The notes below the pieces were generated by a model. The model did no database searches. It was given only the letters and a program-made list of their open reading frames with translations, and was not told where the DNA came from. Positions 1 through 8,900 of a stretch of 64,000 nt of DNA are shown here, one piece after another. The DNA is from Candidatus Hydrogenedentota bacterium (GTDB taxonomy: Bacteria > Hydrogenedentota > Hydrogenedentia > Hydrogenedentales > SLHB01). Location of the stretch: NCBI GenBank assembly GCA_963745075.1, contig CAVUWV010000036.1, positions 96,001 through 160,000 on the forward strand, written 5' to 3'. Positions within the stretch are counted from its first letter, which is position 1. Each line of letters begins with the position of its first letter. The translations under genes and the position numbers were made by a program.

Positions 1-95
1 GCATGGACTACGCCGAACAGTTCCGCTACGAAAAACTCGGCATGCTCGACAAGCTCATGGGAACATCGTTTATCGTGCCGGATTTCCGGTTGTAA
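1..95 (+). CDS. 3' end of a CDS entering the window (unknown product)
   Basis: Open frame ...MDYAEQFRYEKLGMLDKLMGTSFIVPDFRL* with GC3-rich codons, TAA at 93-95. Confidence 0.5.
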   Translation, partial: MDYAEQFRYEKLGMLDKLMGTSFIVPDFRL

Positions 96-133
96 CGCCG
101 CGCGTTTAACTCGCTCCCCAGGAGATTCTCGCA

Positions 134-895
134 ATGCCGGCCATTTACAGCTTCCCGCGTTACTACGACCTCGCCTTCTCCTGGCGCGACTATGCCGCCG
201 AAGTGGCGGTGATGTGCGCCTGCGCGGAGCGCTTTGGCGACGGTGCGCCGCGTCACGTCCTGGAAATCTGCTGTGGACAGGCCCCGCATCTGGGTGCGTG
301 GCATGCGCGGGGGATCGGCTACGTAGGCGTGGACGCAAGCGCCGCGATGCTGGGCATGGCGCGAGAACAGGCCGCCCCGTTGGAGGCGAACGCCGTTTTC
401 CTGGAACAAGACCTCGCCGGGTTTGAGCTGTCCGATCCAGTCGATTTCGTGTGCGTGTTGCTGGGTTCCTTGTACGCACGGGACACGGCGCATCTGCGCG
501 CCCATTTCGACGCCGTCGCACGTGCAGTACGGCCAGGCGGTCTTTACTTCATGGAATGGACCGTCGACTTCGATCCCCTCGTGGACGTGGTCGATTCATG
601 GGCGGTGCAACGGGACGGCGTCTACGTGCAAGCAAGCTATTGGACCCGCTGTGTGAACCGGGTCGAGCAGATCTACGAGGATACCATCCATCTCGACATC
701 GACGATCGCGGCGAACCTGTTGTGATCGAAGACACGGCAACGCGCCGTCGCATCTTTCCCCGGGAATTCCTTGCGTACATCGAAGCGCATCCCCACTTCG
801 AATTCGTGGGCTGGTGGAACGACTGGGACCTCGCGCAACCGATCGACGGCACCCGGCCCGTGAACCGCCCCATCATCGTGGTGCGGCGCATCTGA
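134..895 (+). CDS. Class I SAM-dependent methyltransferase
   Basis: Motif I VLEICCGQAPH, GVDASAAML; RBS AGGAG upstream. Confidence 0.85.
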   Translation: MPAIYSFPRYYDLAFSWRDYAAEVAVMCACAERFGDGAPRHVLEICCGQAPHLGAWHARGIGYVGVDASAAMLGMAREQAAPLEANAVFLEQDLAGFELSDPVDFVCVLLGSLYARDTAHLRAHFDAVARAVRPGGLYFMEWTVDFDPLVDVVDSWAVQRDGVYVQASYWTRCVNRVEQIYEDTIHLDIDDRGEPVVIEDTATRRRIFPREFLAYIEAHPHFEFVGWWNDWDLAQPIDGTRPVNRPIIVVRRI

Positions 896-924
896 GTGCC
901 AAACCTATCACGCACGCTCCACGC

Positions 925-1602
925 CTATTTCTCCAGCGGTTCCAGCACGATGTTGCGGTATTCAATCGGCGTTCCCTCGCTTTGAAGGCCGATATAGCCC
1001 TTGGTCAGGTTGCATTCCGTCGCGACGTTCTGAAGCAGCCCGTTGACGGTCATGCGGATCGTATCGCCGTCGCAAACCACTTCGCAATGGTTCCATTCGC
1101 CAAGGGGCTTCTCATTGTCCTGGTGCATTTTGGGTACGCGGCGATCGTCCGGGTTGGTATGTTCCTTGAACTCCGAACCGTCGATAACCCAGAAATCCGC
1201 GGCGTTCTTGGTCTGCAACTGTCCCTCGATGCTCTTCGGCCAGACTTTGTCCGGTTCCTGTATGTGGATAAGCACGCCGTTGTTGCCGCCCTTGTCCCCT
1301 GGCCAACGCCATTCGAAAGTAAGCCGGTAGTTCCCATAGGGCGTCGTCGTGCGGATATAACCGTTCGGCTTGCCTTTGCAGTACAGGACGCCGCCGTCGC
1401 GCACTTCCCACACCGTCTTGGGATCCACCCCTTCGTCTGCGGGGATGAAGCGTTTCCACCCGTCAAAGTTCACGCCGTTGAAAAGTTGGATCGTTCCGGG
1501 ATGAACCGTCGTCTCGCTGGATGCTGCTTTCGTTTCTGCCGATTGCGCTGCAACACCGGCCAGCGCAACACCGAGTATCGCCACCATGAGAATTTGTCGC
1601 AT
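925..1602 (-). CDS. DUF1080 (3-keto-disaccharide hydrolase family) secreted protein
   Basis: Signal peptide; LFNGVNFDGW, NNGVLIH, GEWN, GYIGLQSEG...YRNI. Confidence 0.9.
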   Translation of the reverse strand: MRQILMVAILGVALAGVAAQSAETKAASSETTVHPGTIQLFNGVNFDGWKRFIPADEGVDPKTVWEVRDGGVLYCKGKPNGYIRTTTPYGNYRLTFEWRWPGDKGGNNGVLIHIQEPDKVWPKSIEGQLQTKNAADFWVIDGSEFKEHTNPDDRRVPKMHQDNEKPLGEWNHCEVVCDGDTIRMTVNGLLQNVATECNLTKGYIGLQSEGTPIEYRNIVLEPLEK

Positions 1603-1802
1603 GATTCGTACCTCCCTGTGGGTATGTGGGAATCACGCTAGCACCTGGTGCGACGGGGTGCAAGAGAGAGGCCACAAACAACAAAGGGGAAATTAGCGAG
1701 ATGGACGGAATGGATAATCAAAACCGGAATCCCGGGACGCACCTATAACTTCGTCCAGAGAGTCGTTCATCATCCCGTGGTAATCCTTGTCCGCGTTCCG
1801 TT

Positions 1803-3116
1803 TCAATGCAGCGCACTCACTGCAGCGCCGGTCTCTCGGGCAATAAACGCGCCAAGTCCCGGCCCATAGTACGAACGCAGGTCCACTTCGTAGCCGCCGT
1901 GCGCGTATTCTTGATCGTTTACGATATAGCCGATGTAGCCGTCGGCAAGACCCACTACGACAACCTCGCCGAAACCCTGCGCGCGAATGGCATCTTCCAC
2001 CGCCGCGCCCACCGCACAAAGCGGTTCTCCGGGCAGACCAACGAGGACGGTATCGCCTACGCGCAGAAACCGAAGGTCGGCTTTCCGGGGCAGTGCCTCG
2101 AGGGCGGGCCCGAGCATGTTCGCGTAAGATCCGGTCCGTATACCTTCGCTAAAACTGATTTCAGGGAGTTCCGGTCTTGCCGATAGGGCGGACACCGTTA
2201 GATTCGGTTTACCGGAAATCTCTTTGGCCAGGATTTGCGCCTGTGCGGCAAGTCGCGAACCATAATCCTCGATCCGTGCAAAGGCGTCGTCTCCTTTGGC
2301 GCCTTCGGGTGACTGGTCGCCCTCGGCCCCATTCGTAAACAACGCCACAGCCCCGGGAAATGCCTGCTCGAGTTCCCGCTGAAGTACCCCCGGCCATTCG
2401 GCCGACACAAGCATATTGTCCGCCCCCGCAATGGTGGGGTGGGCCGCAAAGTTCACAAGCAATGCGCGAGCCTTCCCGTCCATGTCGTCAACGCGCATTA
2501 CCCAAAGACGGGGCCGAGTCAATGGAGTTTCGCCGGCCGTTTCCCGTGCCGCCGTGTCGTAACCCCATCGCCGGTTCCTCGTAAAGCCTGCGACCGTTTT
2601 CTCGCCGAATCCGATGCGTGCGGGTGCCGCGTTCTTCACTGCGCGCGCGACGGCCTCGGCCACGGACGTACTCATCGCGTCGACGATGGCGGGATCGTAC
2701 ACGCCAAATTGTAATTGCCAGAACGGTTCAGGATACATGGAGGGCCCGGCGTGTGTGTGCGATGCACACACCAGCAGATGCTCCGAGACCGGCCCAAGAT
2801 AACTCGTCTTCTCCTCAATTTGCGCGATGAATTCCGGCGTGATGGAGCGCAGGTCCGCGGTAATCAATGCAGTCTCGGTATCGGCGTCGCGAAAATACAG
2901 GATTTTCGCCTGGAGCCGGTCGTGAACGCCCTCCGCGGGCTTTCCTTTACGGGCCCCATACCCCGCCAGCGGCACAACGTGAGCCTTGACGTCCGGCGTG
3001 ATGTCGCAAGAGGCCACCCCAACATCCAACGCGAAAGCGCACGACACGAAGTAACTGCACAGCAGGAAGACTGAAACGTAGCGAATCATGTCAAAGTTCT
3101 CCAAAGCGTCGTTCAC
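1803..3116 (-). CDS. Neutral/alkaline non-lysosomal ceramidase N-terminal family protein
   Basis: DITP, PLAGYG, ASHTHAGP, NFAAHPT, GAEGD, PGEP, GYIGY motifs; signal peptide. Confidence 0.85.
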   Translation of the reverse strand: MNDALENFDMIRYVSVFLLCSYFVSCAFALDVGVASCDITPDVKAHVVPLAGYGARKGKPAEGVHDRLQAKILYFRDADTETALITADLRSITPEFIAQIEEKTSYLGPVSEHLLVCASHTHAGPSMYPEPFWQLQFGVYDPAIVDAMSTSVAEAVARAVKNAAPARIGFGEKTVAGFTRNRRWGYDTAARETAGETPLTRPRLWVMRVDDMDGKARALLVNFAAHPTIAGADNMLVSAEWPGVLQRELEQAFPGAVALFTNGAEGDQSPEGAKGDDAFARIEDYGSRLAAQAQILAKEISGKPNLTVSALSARPELPEISFSEGIRTGSYANMLGPALEALPRKADLRFLRVGDTVLVGLPGEPLCAVGAAVEDAIRAQGFGEVVVVGLADGYIGYIVNDQEYAHGGYEVDLRSYYGPGLGAFIARETGAAVSALH

Positions 3117-4153
3117 CGCAGCTTTTCATAATACGCCAGGTACAACTCCTCTGCAATTGTCCCATCCGAGGGACGCACGAACTCGCGATATCCCCACGTG
3201 ATGGCGGTGCCCGTGTACTTCCGCGCGAAGGTCAGTTTTTCGACCAACTTGTCCGCGGGAACGCCCCGCCAGAACGGGGCCGTCTTTGGATCGTTGACGT
3301 GGGTCCGCAACCCGAAACGCGCGACGTAATCTTCCAGACTCGAAACGTTCAGCTCGCCGGTCTCGATATTGGCCCAAAACGCGGTATCCGTCGCCTCGCA
3401 GGCCGTCTTCATCGCGGCGAAAAACGGGGCCCGCTGTTCGAGCGTGTAACACGCGAGATGTTCGCCGCTGTCCTGCAGCGCCACGGTATCGATGTGGGCC
3501 CCTTGCAGGATATCCGTCCAATACGCCGTATATTCCTCGGGCGTAGCCCAGCGAAAGCCCCCCAACAGGTGCTGCTTGTCGAGAATGAAGAATGGCGAGA
3601 TCAGCGTTTTCTTGTCCGGCGCAATCTGCTTGCACGCTGCCGATACGCCCTGGTAAAGCTGTTTCGCCGTCTCCGCCGGCGGTCCCCACATGACGTAGCA
3701 TTCGTACGGGATGTAGAATCCCTCGAACGACGGGTGATCGCCGTAGCGCCGTTCCAAACGGTCAATCCGTTGCCGCGCACGTTCGATCTCGGGGCCGGTA
3801 TCCGTCAGCGTCCACCAGGCGTTCGCTTGCAGCGTGCCCAAATAGACGCGCATATGCCGTCGATCGAGTTCTCCGAGGAATACGTCAAATGGATCGGATT
3901 CGCCGGCTTTCGGTTCAGCGCCCGCGTACGGTCCCGTAAAAACGAAGAGGTCCATTCCCAACAAGTCGATGGCGTCCAAGTCCTCCTGCCATGCATCCAC
4001 ACTACGCGCGGCATCAACGGGACTCAGCCACCAGAGCACTCCGGTGAGATGTGCGCGCCCGTGCGTCGCTCCGACCGTCGCACAACCGCAGAGTACCGCC
4101 AACAAAAGGAGAACGCCGATGTTGGAAAGTTGGGTTGTCTTTGTTCGCGCCAT
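3113..4153 (-). CDS. DUF4434-like putative glycoside hydrolase lipoprotein
   Basis: Lipobox-like LCGC; YGDHPSFEGFYIPYE, LISPFF, VALQDSG, FWANIE; 4-nt overlap with next gene. Confidence 0.65.
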   Translation of the reverse strand: MARTKTTQLSNIGVLLLLAVLCGCATVGATHGRAHLTGVLWWLSPVDAARSVDAWQEDLDAIDLLGMDLFVFTGPYAGAEPKAGESDPFDVFLGELDRRHMRVYLGTLQANAWWTLTDTGPEIERARQRIDRLERRYGDHPSFEGFYIPYECYVMWGPPAETAKQLYQGVSAACKQIAPDKKTLISPFFILDKQHLLGGFRWATPEEYTAYWTDILQGAHIDTVALQDSGEHLACYTLEQRAPFFAAMKTACEATDTAFWANIETGELNVSSLEDYVARFGLRTHVNDPKTAPFWRGVPADKLVEKLTFARKYTGTAITWGYREFVRPSDGTIAEELYLAYYEKLR

Positions 4154-4179
4154 TAAGCACCAAAAACGAATTGGATCGA

Positions 4180-4255
4180 GACGCCCTCCCCAACCCTCCT
4201 CGTGAACGGGGTGGGAGCCGGCCCCCCCCGTACACGAGGGGAGTTAGAGGGGGTC
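4180..4255. repeat. Imperfect palindromic REP-like element (CCCTCCCCAACCCTCC...GGGGAGTTAGAGGGGG)
   Basis: Two arms of about 35 nt that are imperfect reverse complements, directly downstream of hicA. Confidence 0.6.
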
Positions 4256-4283
4256 TTCACGTCCAATCTTTGCAGCATCCCGT

Positions 4284-4505
4284 TCACAACAATTCCCGGA
4301 ACGCATCCACGGTGAGGCCGGCCCGATGGAGAATGACTTCAAGCGCCGCGCGGTCCAATTCCGGAACGTCCGGCACCACCACTTGAAGAGGCGGATCGTC
4401 CTTGCGCATCAGCATGTGACGGCCCTGCTGCCATTTCAGGTGAAAACCCGCCCACGTGAGCGCCGCGACACAAGCGCTACCGGATATGCGAGGCAACGCA
4501 TTCAT
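4284..4505 (-). CDS. hicA: HicA-family toxin (mRNA interferase fold), possibly degenerate
   Basis: LPRISG..C..AL..AGF...QQGRH...VVVP...ELD..L..IL..AGL; ATGA overlap with hicB. Confidence 0.85.
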   Translation of the reverse strand: MNALPRISGSACVAALTWAGFHLKWQQGRHMLMRKDDPPLQVVVPDVPELDRAALEVILHRAGLTVDAFRELL

Positions 4506-4708
4506 ACGAGCACGACATACGTGTCGAACCGTTCCGGCGGCACGGGCAGGTCGTCCTCATCCAGCGCGGCCGCATACCCGACAATGGCTTCCCGGATATT
4601 CGCGACCGCTTCCTCCATCGTCGTACCCTGGCTTACGCATCCCGGCAGGCTCGGGCACTCCACCAGCCAGAACCCGTCCACCCCAGGCCGAACGATCACT
4701 TGTCGCAT
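4502..4708 (-). CDS. hicB: HicB-family antitoxin (short, no DNA-binding domain)
   Basis: ECPSLPGCVSQGTTMEEAVANIREAI; GGAGG RBS before ATG at 4708. Confidence 0.9.
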   Translation of the reverse strand: MRQVIVRPGVDGFWLVECPSLPGCVSQGTTMEEAVANIREAIVGYAAALDEDDLPVPPERFDTYVVLV

Positions 4709-4908
4709 GATATCGCCTCCACCAGTCCGATTGTCGACGCCCCACTGCCCTATACGGTAACGCGCCCTGGCAACCCGGTACAAGGCTCGGACTCCAATAC
4801 GGCGAACACGGAACAGTCATCGTCCCTGCGTTCCGTGGAATGCCACCCGCGCCACGGCCATCCCAAGCAACACTTATCTATTTGTGGTTCCGTGTGCGCC
4901 GCCCATCG

Positions 4909-4936
4909 TTGCATGTGCGCCCCTGGTTTGTATAAT
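4909..4936 (+). promoter_or_regulatory. Putative sigma70 promoter of response regulator gene
   Basis: TTGCAT-N16-TATAAT. Confidence 0.45.
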
Positions 4937-5018
4937 GGGGAATATGTCCTCGAGCCGAGGCGATGCGTGATGGGGTCAATTGGGTGTATAGCATTCCAGG
5001 CTATCAAATGGGAGCGCA

Positions 5019-5450
5019 ATGATAAAACATCTGCGCGTACTGGTCGTAGACGACGATCCAACGATCATCGACGTGTTGTCCGCATTCTTGGAAACCAAGG
5101 GGTATTCCGTGCACACCTGTTCCAATGGACAGCAGGGGCTGGAAGCGATCGAACAGGAAGAATTCGATCTCGTCATCAGCGATATCGAGATGGCCGGTGT
5201 CAATGGATTCGAGCTGCTTCGCCAAACCCGGAAGAACTACCCCCGGATCGGGATCGTGTTGATGACGGGATACGAAGAAGCCCATCCCTTGTCGTCCGCC
5301 CTTCGCGCCGGCGCCGACGGCTACATTTCCAAACCGTTCAGCCTGCGCAAGTTCTCCTTGATCTTCGAGCAGGCCTACTGGAACGCGTTGTCCCGCGACG
5401 ACTGGTGGGAAGAACACGTCGACGAAGAGACCGGCGGCGGCGAATCGTAA
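5019..5450 (+). CDS. Single-domain response regulator (REC)
   Basis: VLVVDDD, DLVISDIEM, LMTG, YISKPF. Confidence 0.9.
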   Translation: MIKHLRVLVVDDDPTIIDVLSAFLETKGYSVHTCSNGQQGLEAIEQEEFDLVISDIEMAGVNGFELLRQTRKNYPRIGIVLMTGYEEAHPLSSALRAGADGYISKPFSLRKFSLIFEQAYWNALSRDDWWEEHVDEETGGGES

Positions 5451-5557
5451 CGTCTTCGGCGATCGTCGTTGCATGGATGGCACGCGCCTGGACCAAACGT
5501 ACGCTTCCAATCGGGTGGTTCGTTTTCCGGTTCGCTGCGGCCGCGACTTCGGTGCAT

Positions 5558-6262
5558 CTATCGCGTCGGAGGACGGTTCAACGGGCGAATCTCCAACTCG
5601 CTGATCACGGTCCCCGACGCCGTACGCAGCACGTTCGCGCACGCTTCCCCCACCTCTTCCGGCGCAACCTTCCACTCCGCATCTTCATCCGGGTCGTGGC
5701 GGTGCGACGCCGAATCCACCGAACCCGGGTATACAGTCGTTACCTTGATGCCGAAATCCCGGACTTCTTGAAACAACGACTGGGAGAATCCCGTGACCGC
5801 GTACTTCGTCGCCGCGTATCCGCTGCCGCCGGGCAACGGCACCTTCCCGGATATCGATGACACGTTGACGATGTGCCCGCTGCCCTGCCGTTTCATGTGA
5901 GACAGCGCCGCCCGCGTGGCGTAGAACAGGCCGTTGACGTTCGTGTCGATCATCGTCCGCCATTCCTCGAGCGAAATATCGAAGACGTTCTTGCGGATGA
6001 CTAGGCCCGCGTTGTTAATAAGCGCATCAACGCCACCGAAATGTTCCACCGCCGCACTGATGGCGTATTCCGTGGCGTCGGGGTCGCGCAAGTCGCAGGC
6101 CACCGAGAAGCACTCGCCGTCCTGCTCCTCGATGCTCTGCCGCACGTCTTCCAACAGATCCTTGGACCGCGCCAGCATGGAAACCTTGAACCCGTCCATC
6201 GCGAGAAATGTGGCAATACCGCGCCCAATGCCCTTGCTCGCACCGGTGACTATCACACGCAC
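5558..6262 (-). CDS. SDR family oxidoreductase
   Basis: TGASKGIG, NNAG, YAATK. Confidence 0.92.
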   Translation of the reverse strand: MRVIVTGASKGIGRGIATFLAMDGFKVSMLARSKDLLEDVRQSIEEQDGECFSVACDLRDPDATEYAISAAVEHFGGVDALINNAGLVIRKNVFDISLEEWRTMIDTNVNGLFYATRAALSHMKRQGSGHIVNVSSISGKVPLPGGSGYAATKYAVTGFSQSLFQEVRDFGIKVTTVYPGSVDSASHRHDPDEDAEWKVAPEEVGEACANVLRTASGTVISELEIRPLNRPPTR

Positions 6263-6391
6263 TTCGCAACCCTCCCCTCGTTCCTTGCAAAGGCTATCTC
6301 AAGACCCGCGTCCACCGTCATTCTGAGCGCGGGACCTCCTTCGGGGGATGTCTGCCCAAAGAACAACTCAGCCTGAATGTTGCCCTGTTTC

Positions 6392-7351
6392 CTATGCCCG
6401 GTATATCAAAAAGCCGATATAGGCGAAGTAACTTGCGAGGAGCACGAATCCTTCCCCGCGTTGAATGGAATACTTCTCGCGCCCCGTGAGCATAAACAGA
6501 AACAGCAACGCCGTGGAACCGATCATCACGCCGATATCGACGTTGTTGACGGACGAAAACGGCAGCGGATGAATAATGCTGGTCACGGCTAACACGAGAA
6601 ACACGTTAAAAATATTCGAACCGACGATATTCCCCACGGCGATGTCGGAGTTCTTCCGGTACGCGGCCACCGCGGACGTTGCAAGTTCGGGCAGCGATGT
6701 GCCAATCGCCACGACCGTCAAACCGATTACGTCATCGCTCACGTTGAACGTCCGCGCGATCGCCGTGGCGCCGCCGACCACCCATTGCCCGCCCAGCGTC
6801 AGACCGATCAGCCCAAACACAACCCGCAGCAGCGAGCGCGGAATCGTTTCCGAGACTTCGGGCACTTCGGCGACTTTCGAGCCGCTCGTGCGGACGACCT
6901 CGTAGACGTAATACAAGAACAGAATCAGAAAACTGAGCAACACCAATCCGTCGGTCCGGCTGAGCACGTTTTGCGCGGCCCCGTCGATGAGCCGGTCGTT
7001 GGGAAGGATCGCTACCAGTACCGCAGCCAGCATGCAAAAAGGGATTTCCTTGCGGGCCGTTCCCGCCGACGCGTACACGGGGCTGATAATGGACGCCACG
7101 CCGAGCACCAGCAATACATTGGCGATGTTGCTCCCCACCACGTTGCCGATCGCGATTCCGGTCGCCCCCCTCGCCGCCGCGAACACGCTCACGATCAGTT
7201 CCGGAAGGGACGTGCCCAATGCAACGATCGTCATACCGATGATCAGTTCGGAAACGCCAAGGCGCTTCGCGATGGACGACGCGCCGCCCACCAGAAAGTC
7301 CGCCCCCTTGATCAGGAAGACAAAACCGGCAATCAGTACTACGTAGCTCAA
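6392..7351 (-). CDS. Calcium/sodium antiporter (YrbG/CaCA family)
   Basis: Two GTSLPEL alpha repeats with GNVVGSNI and GNIVGSNI; likely TTG start at 7351. Confidence 0.92.
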   Translation of the reverse strand: MSYVVLIAGFVFLIKGADFLVGGASSIAKRLGVSELIIGMTIVALGTSLPELIVSVFAAARGATGIAIGNVVGSNIANVLLVLGVASIISPVYASAGTARKEIPFCMLAAVLVAILPNDRLIDGAAQNVLSRTDGLVLLSFLILFLYYVYEVVRTSGSKVAEVPEVSETIPRSLLRVVFGLIGLTLGGQWVVGGATAIARTFNVSDDVIGLTVVAIGTSLPELATSAVAAYRKNSDIAVGNIVGSNIFNVFLVLAVTSIIHPLPFSSVNNVDIGVMIGSTALLFLFMLTGREKYSIQRGEGFVLLASYFAYIGFLIYRA

Positions 7352-7582
7352 TGGACTTCCTTTTCCTGAATTGACGCAAGAACGCGAAACACGCCCGAAG
7401 CCCGCCTCGACGCGGCCCGTCCACGTGCAACGAGGATTCCCTATTGTACAGATAGCGAATGCTACAGTGAATTTCGGCCCGTGGGAGGCCGAAGGGGCGG
7501 CAAGATGCACGCGACGAAGTTCCCTCGTGGAATCTTCCGCCAACGTGGGAGACCGGATTGTCAGCAACCCGGTGGATGGTGC

Positions 7583-7738
7583 CTATTGCTGATCGCCGAG
7601 CTTGGTAATCACGACGTCACACTTTTTGCCGTCTTCGCTCGTGTCCTGATTGCAGTTGATGGTGATTTTGACGCCATTGGTTTGAACGGCGTATCCGGGC
7701 AACATTTTGGCCTTCGAATGCGAACCGATATGTTTCAT
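7583..7738 (-). CDS. Small peptide 2 (51 aa, MKHIGSHSKAKMLPGYA...C...KKC)
   Basis: GGAGG RBS 10 nt upstream of ATG 7738; N-terminus resembles the adjacent peptide. Confidence 0.7.
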   Translation of the reverse strand: MKHIGSHSKAKMLPGYAVQTNGVKITINCNQDTSEDGKKCDVVITKLGDQQ

Positions 7739-7839
7739 AACACTCCGACCTCCGCACTCCCGAGCGGAAAAATCCGTCCACCCGGGCAGATCTTCCGCTT
7801 CCTCGTAATTGTAATCGATCAACGCGTGCTCAAATCGCC

Positions 7840-7998
7840 CTAATACACCACCCCACCTTTGTACGCCTTGCATTCGCACTTCTTCCGTTCCAACCCCGTG
7901 AGGCCCGCACACGGGTCCACAATACCGGGCCCCTTCGTTTCGGCGAGAACAGGCAGCTTCTTCAGGCTCGAATTGATCTTCAGATGCTTCATCTTCAT
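7840..7998 (-). CDS. Small peptide 1 (52 aa, MKMKHLKINSSLKKLPVLA...C...KKCEC), absent from ORF track
   Basis: GGAGG RBS 9 nt upstream of ATG 7998; TAG at 7840-7842; GC3-biased codons. Confidence 0.7.
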   Translation of the reverse strand: MKMKHLKINSSLKKLPVLAETKGPGIVDPCAGLTGLERKKCECKAYKGGVVY

Positions 7999-8144
7999 GA
8001 CACTACGCCTCCACCTTGAAATGCAAATCGCCAGACTCGGTCACCGGTAAGCAGCCTGGTCCCTTCACACAGATTACAACTGAGTTCACGAAGCGTTTCC
8101 CGCAAGGACCATTGCGACGCCGGGTTGTTCGGACCAAGCGCGTC

Positions 8145-8900
8145 CTACATCTTCATCTTCTTGAACTGCCAATCCGGGACATGACGGATGATGAGCATGA
8201 TGTACCGCCAAAACCACGGTACGTAGACGGTATTCTTGCGCTTGACGATGGCTGCGCACATGGCCTTGGCGGCCTGTTGCGGCGAGGCAACGAGGAACAG
8301 TCCCGGCAGGCCGAAGGTCATTTTCGTGTCTACGAAGCCGGGCTTGATCGTCGTCACGTGAACGCCCCGGTGATAGAGCCGGTTCCGCAAGCCTTCCAGA
8401 TACGCGCTCAAGCCCGCTTTGGATGCGCCGTAGATGTAATTGCTCTGACGCCCCCGATCGCCGGCCACGGAAGATATTGCCGCGATGAAGCCCGACCCCC
8501 GTTCTTCAAAATACGCCGCAAACTTTTCCAGCAAGGACACGGCGGACGTCAGGTTCACGTCAATCGTTCGCCGCGCGATATCGAATGCGGCCTGGGCATG
8601 CTCCTGCTCGTCCATAAAACCGTAACACAACACGACGCCGCCCAGTCCGCCATTGCCGGCCTCCACACACTGCGCGACGAAACCCTCGTGCGATTCAAAA
8701 TCCTCCGCTTCCAGGAGCAGCGGGATCGCATCCACCCCGCACCGCGTCCGGATATCCGCCGCGATGGTCTCCGCTTCTTCCTCATCGCGCGCGGCGAGCA
8801 CCACCGTGTTTCCCGCCCCGGCAAACTCATCCGCGAGCGCCCGGGCCATGGCCGACGTGGCGCCAAGCACAGCAATGGTTTCCTGCGCAGGCTCGCTCAT
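8145..8900 (-). CDS. SDR oxidoreductase, DprE2-like
   Basis: LGATSAMA, SSVAGDRGRQSNYIYGASK, KPGFVDTKMT; coupled to DprE1-like gene. Confidence 0.85.
   Translation of the reverse strand: MSEPAQETIAVLGATSAMARALADEFAGAGNTVVLAARDEEEAETIAADIRTRCGVDAIPLLLEAEDFESHEGFVAQCVEAGNGGLGGVVLCYGFMDEQEHAQAAFDIARRTIDVNLTSAVSLLEKFAAYFEERGSGFIAAISSVAGDRGRQSNYIYGASKAGLSAYLEGLRNRLYHRGVHVTTIKPGFVDTKMTFGLPGLFLVASPQQAAKAMCAAIVKRKNTVYVPWFWRYIMLIIRHVPDWQFKKMKM

Noticed and set aside
1693..1800. Possible relic of a GxxExxY-type gene (MMNDSLDEVIGAS...) with short repeats
   Set aside because: Only 26 codons and weak similarity; cannot be supported without a search
7583..7912. 109-aa ORF from the track
   Set aside because: Its 5' half overlaps peptide 1 in another frame; the RBS supports a start at 7738
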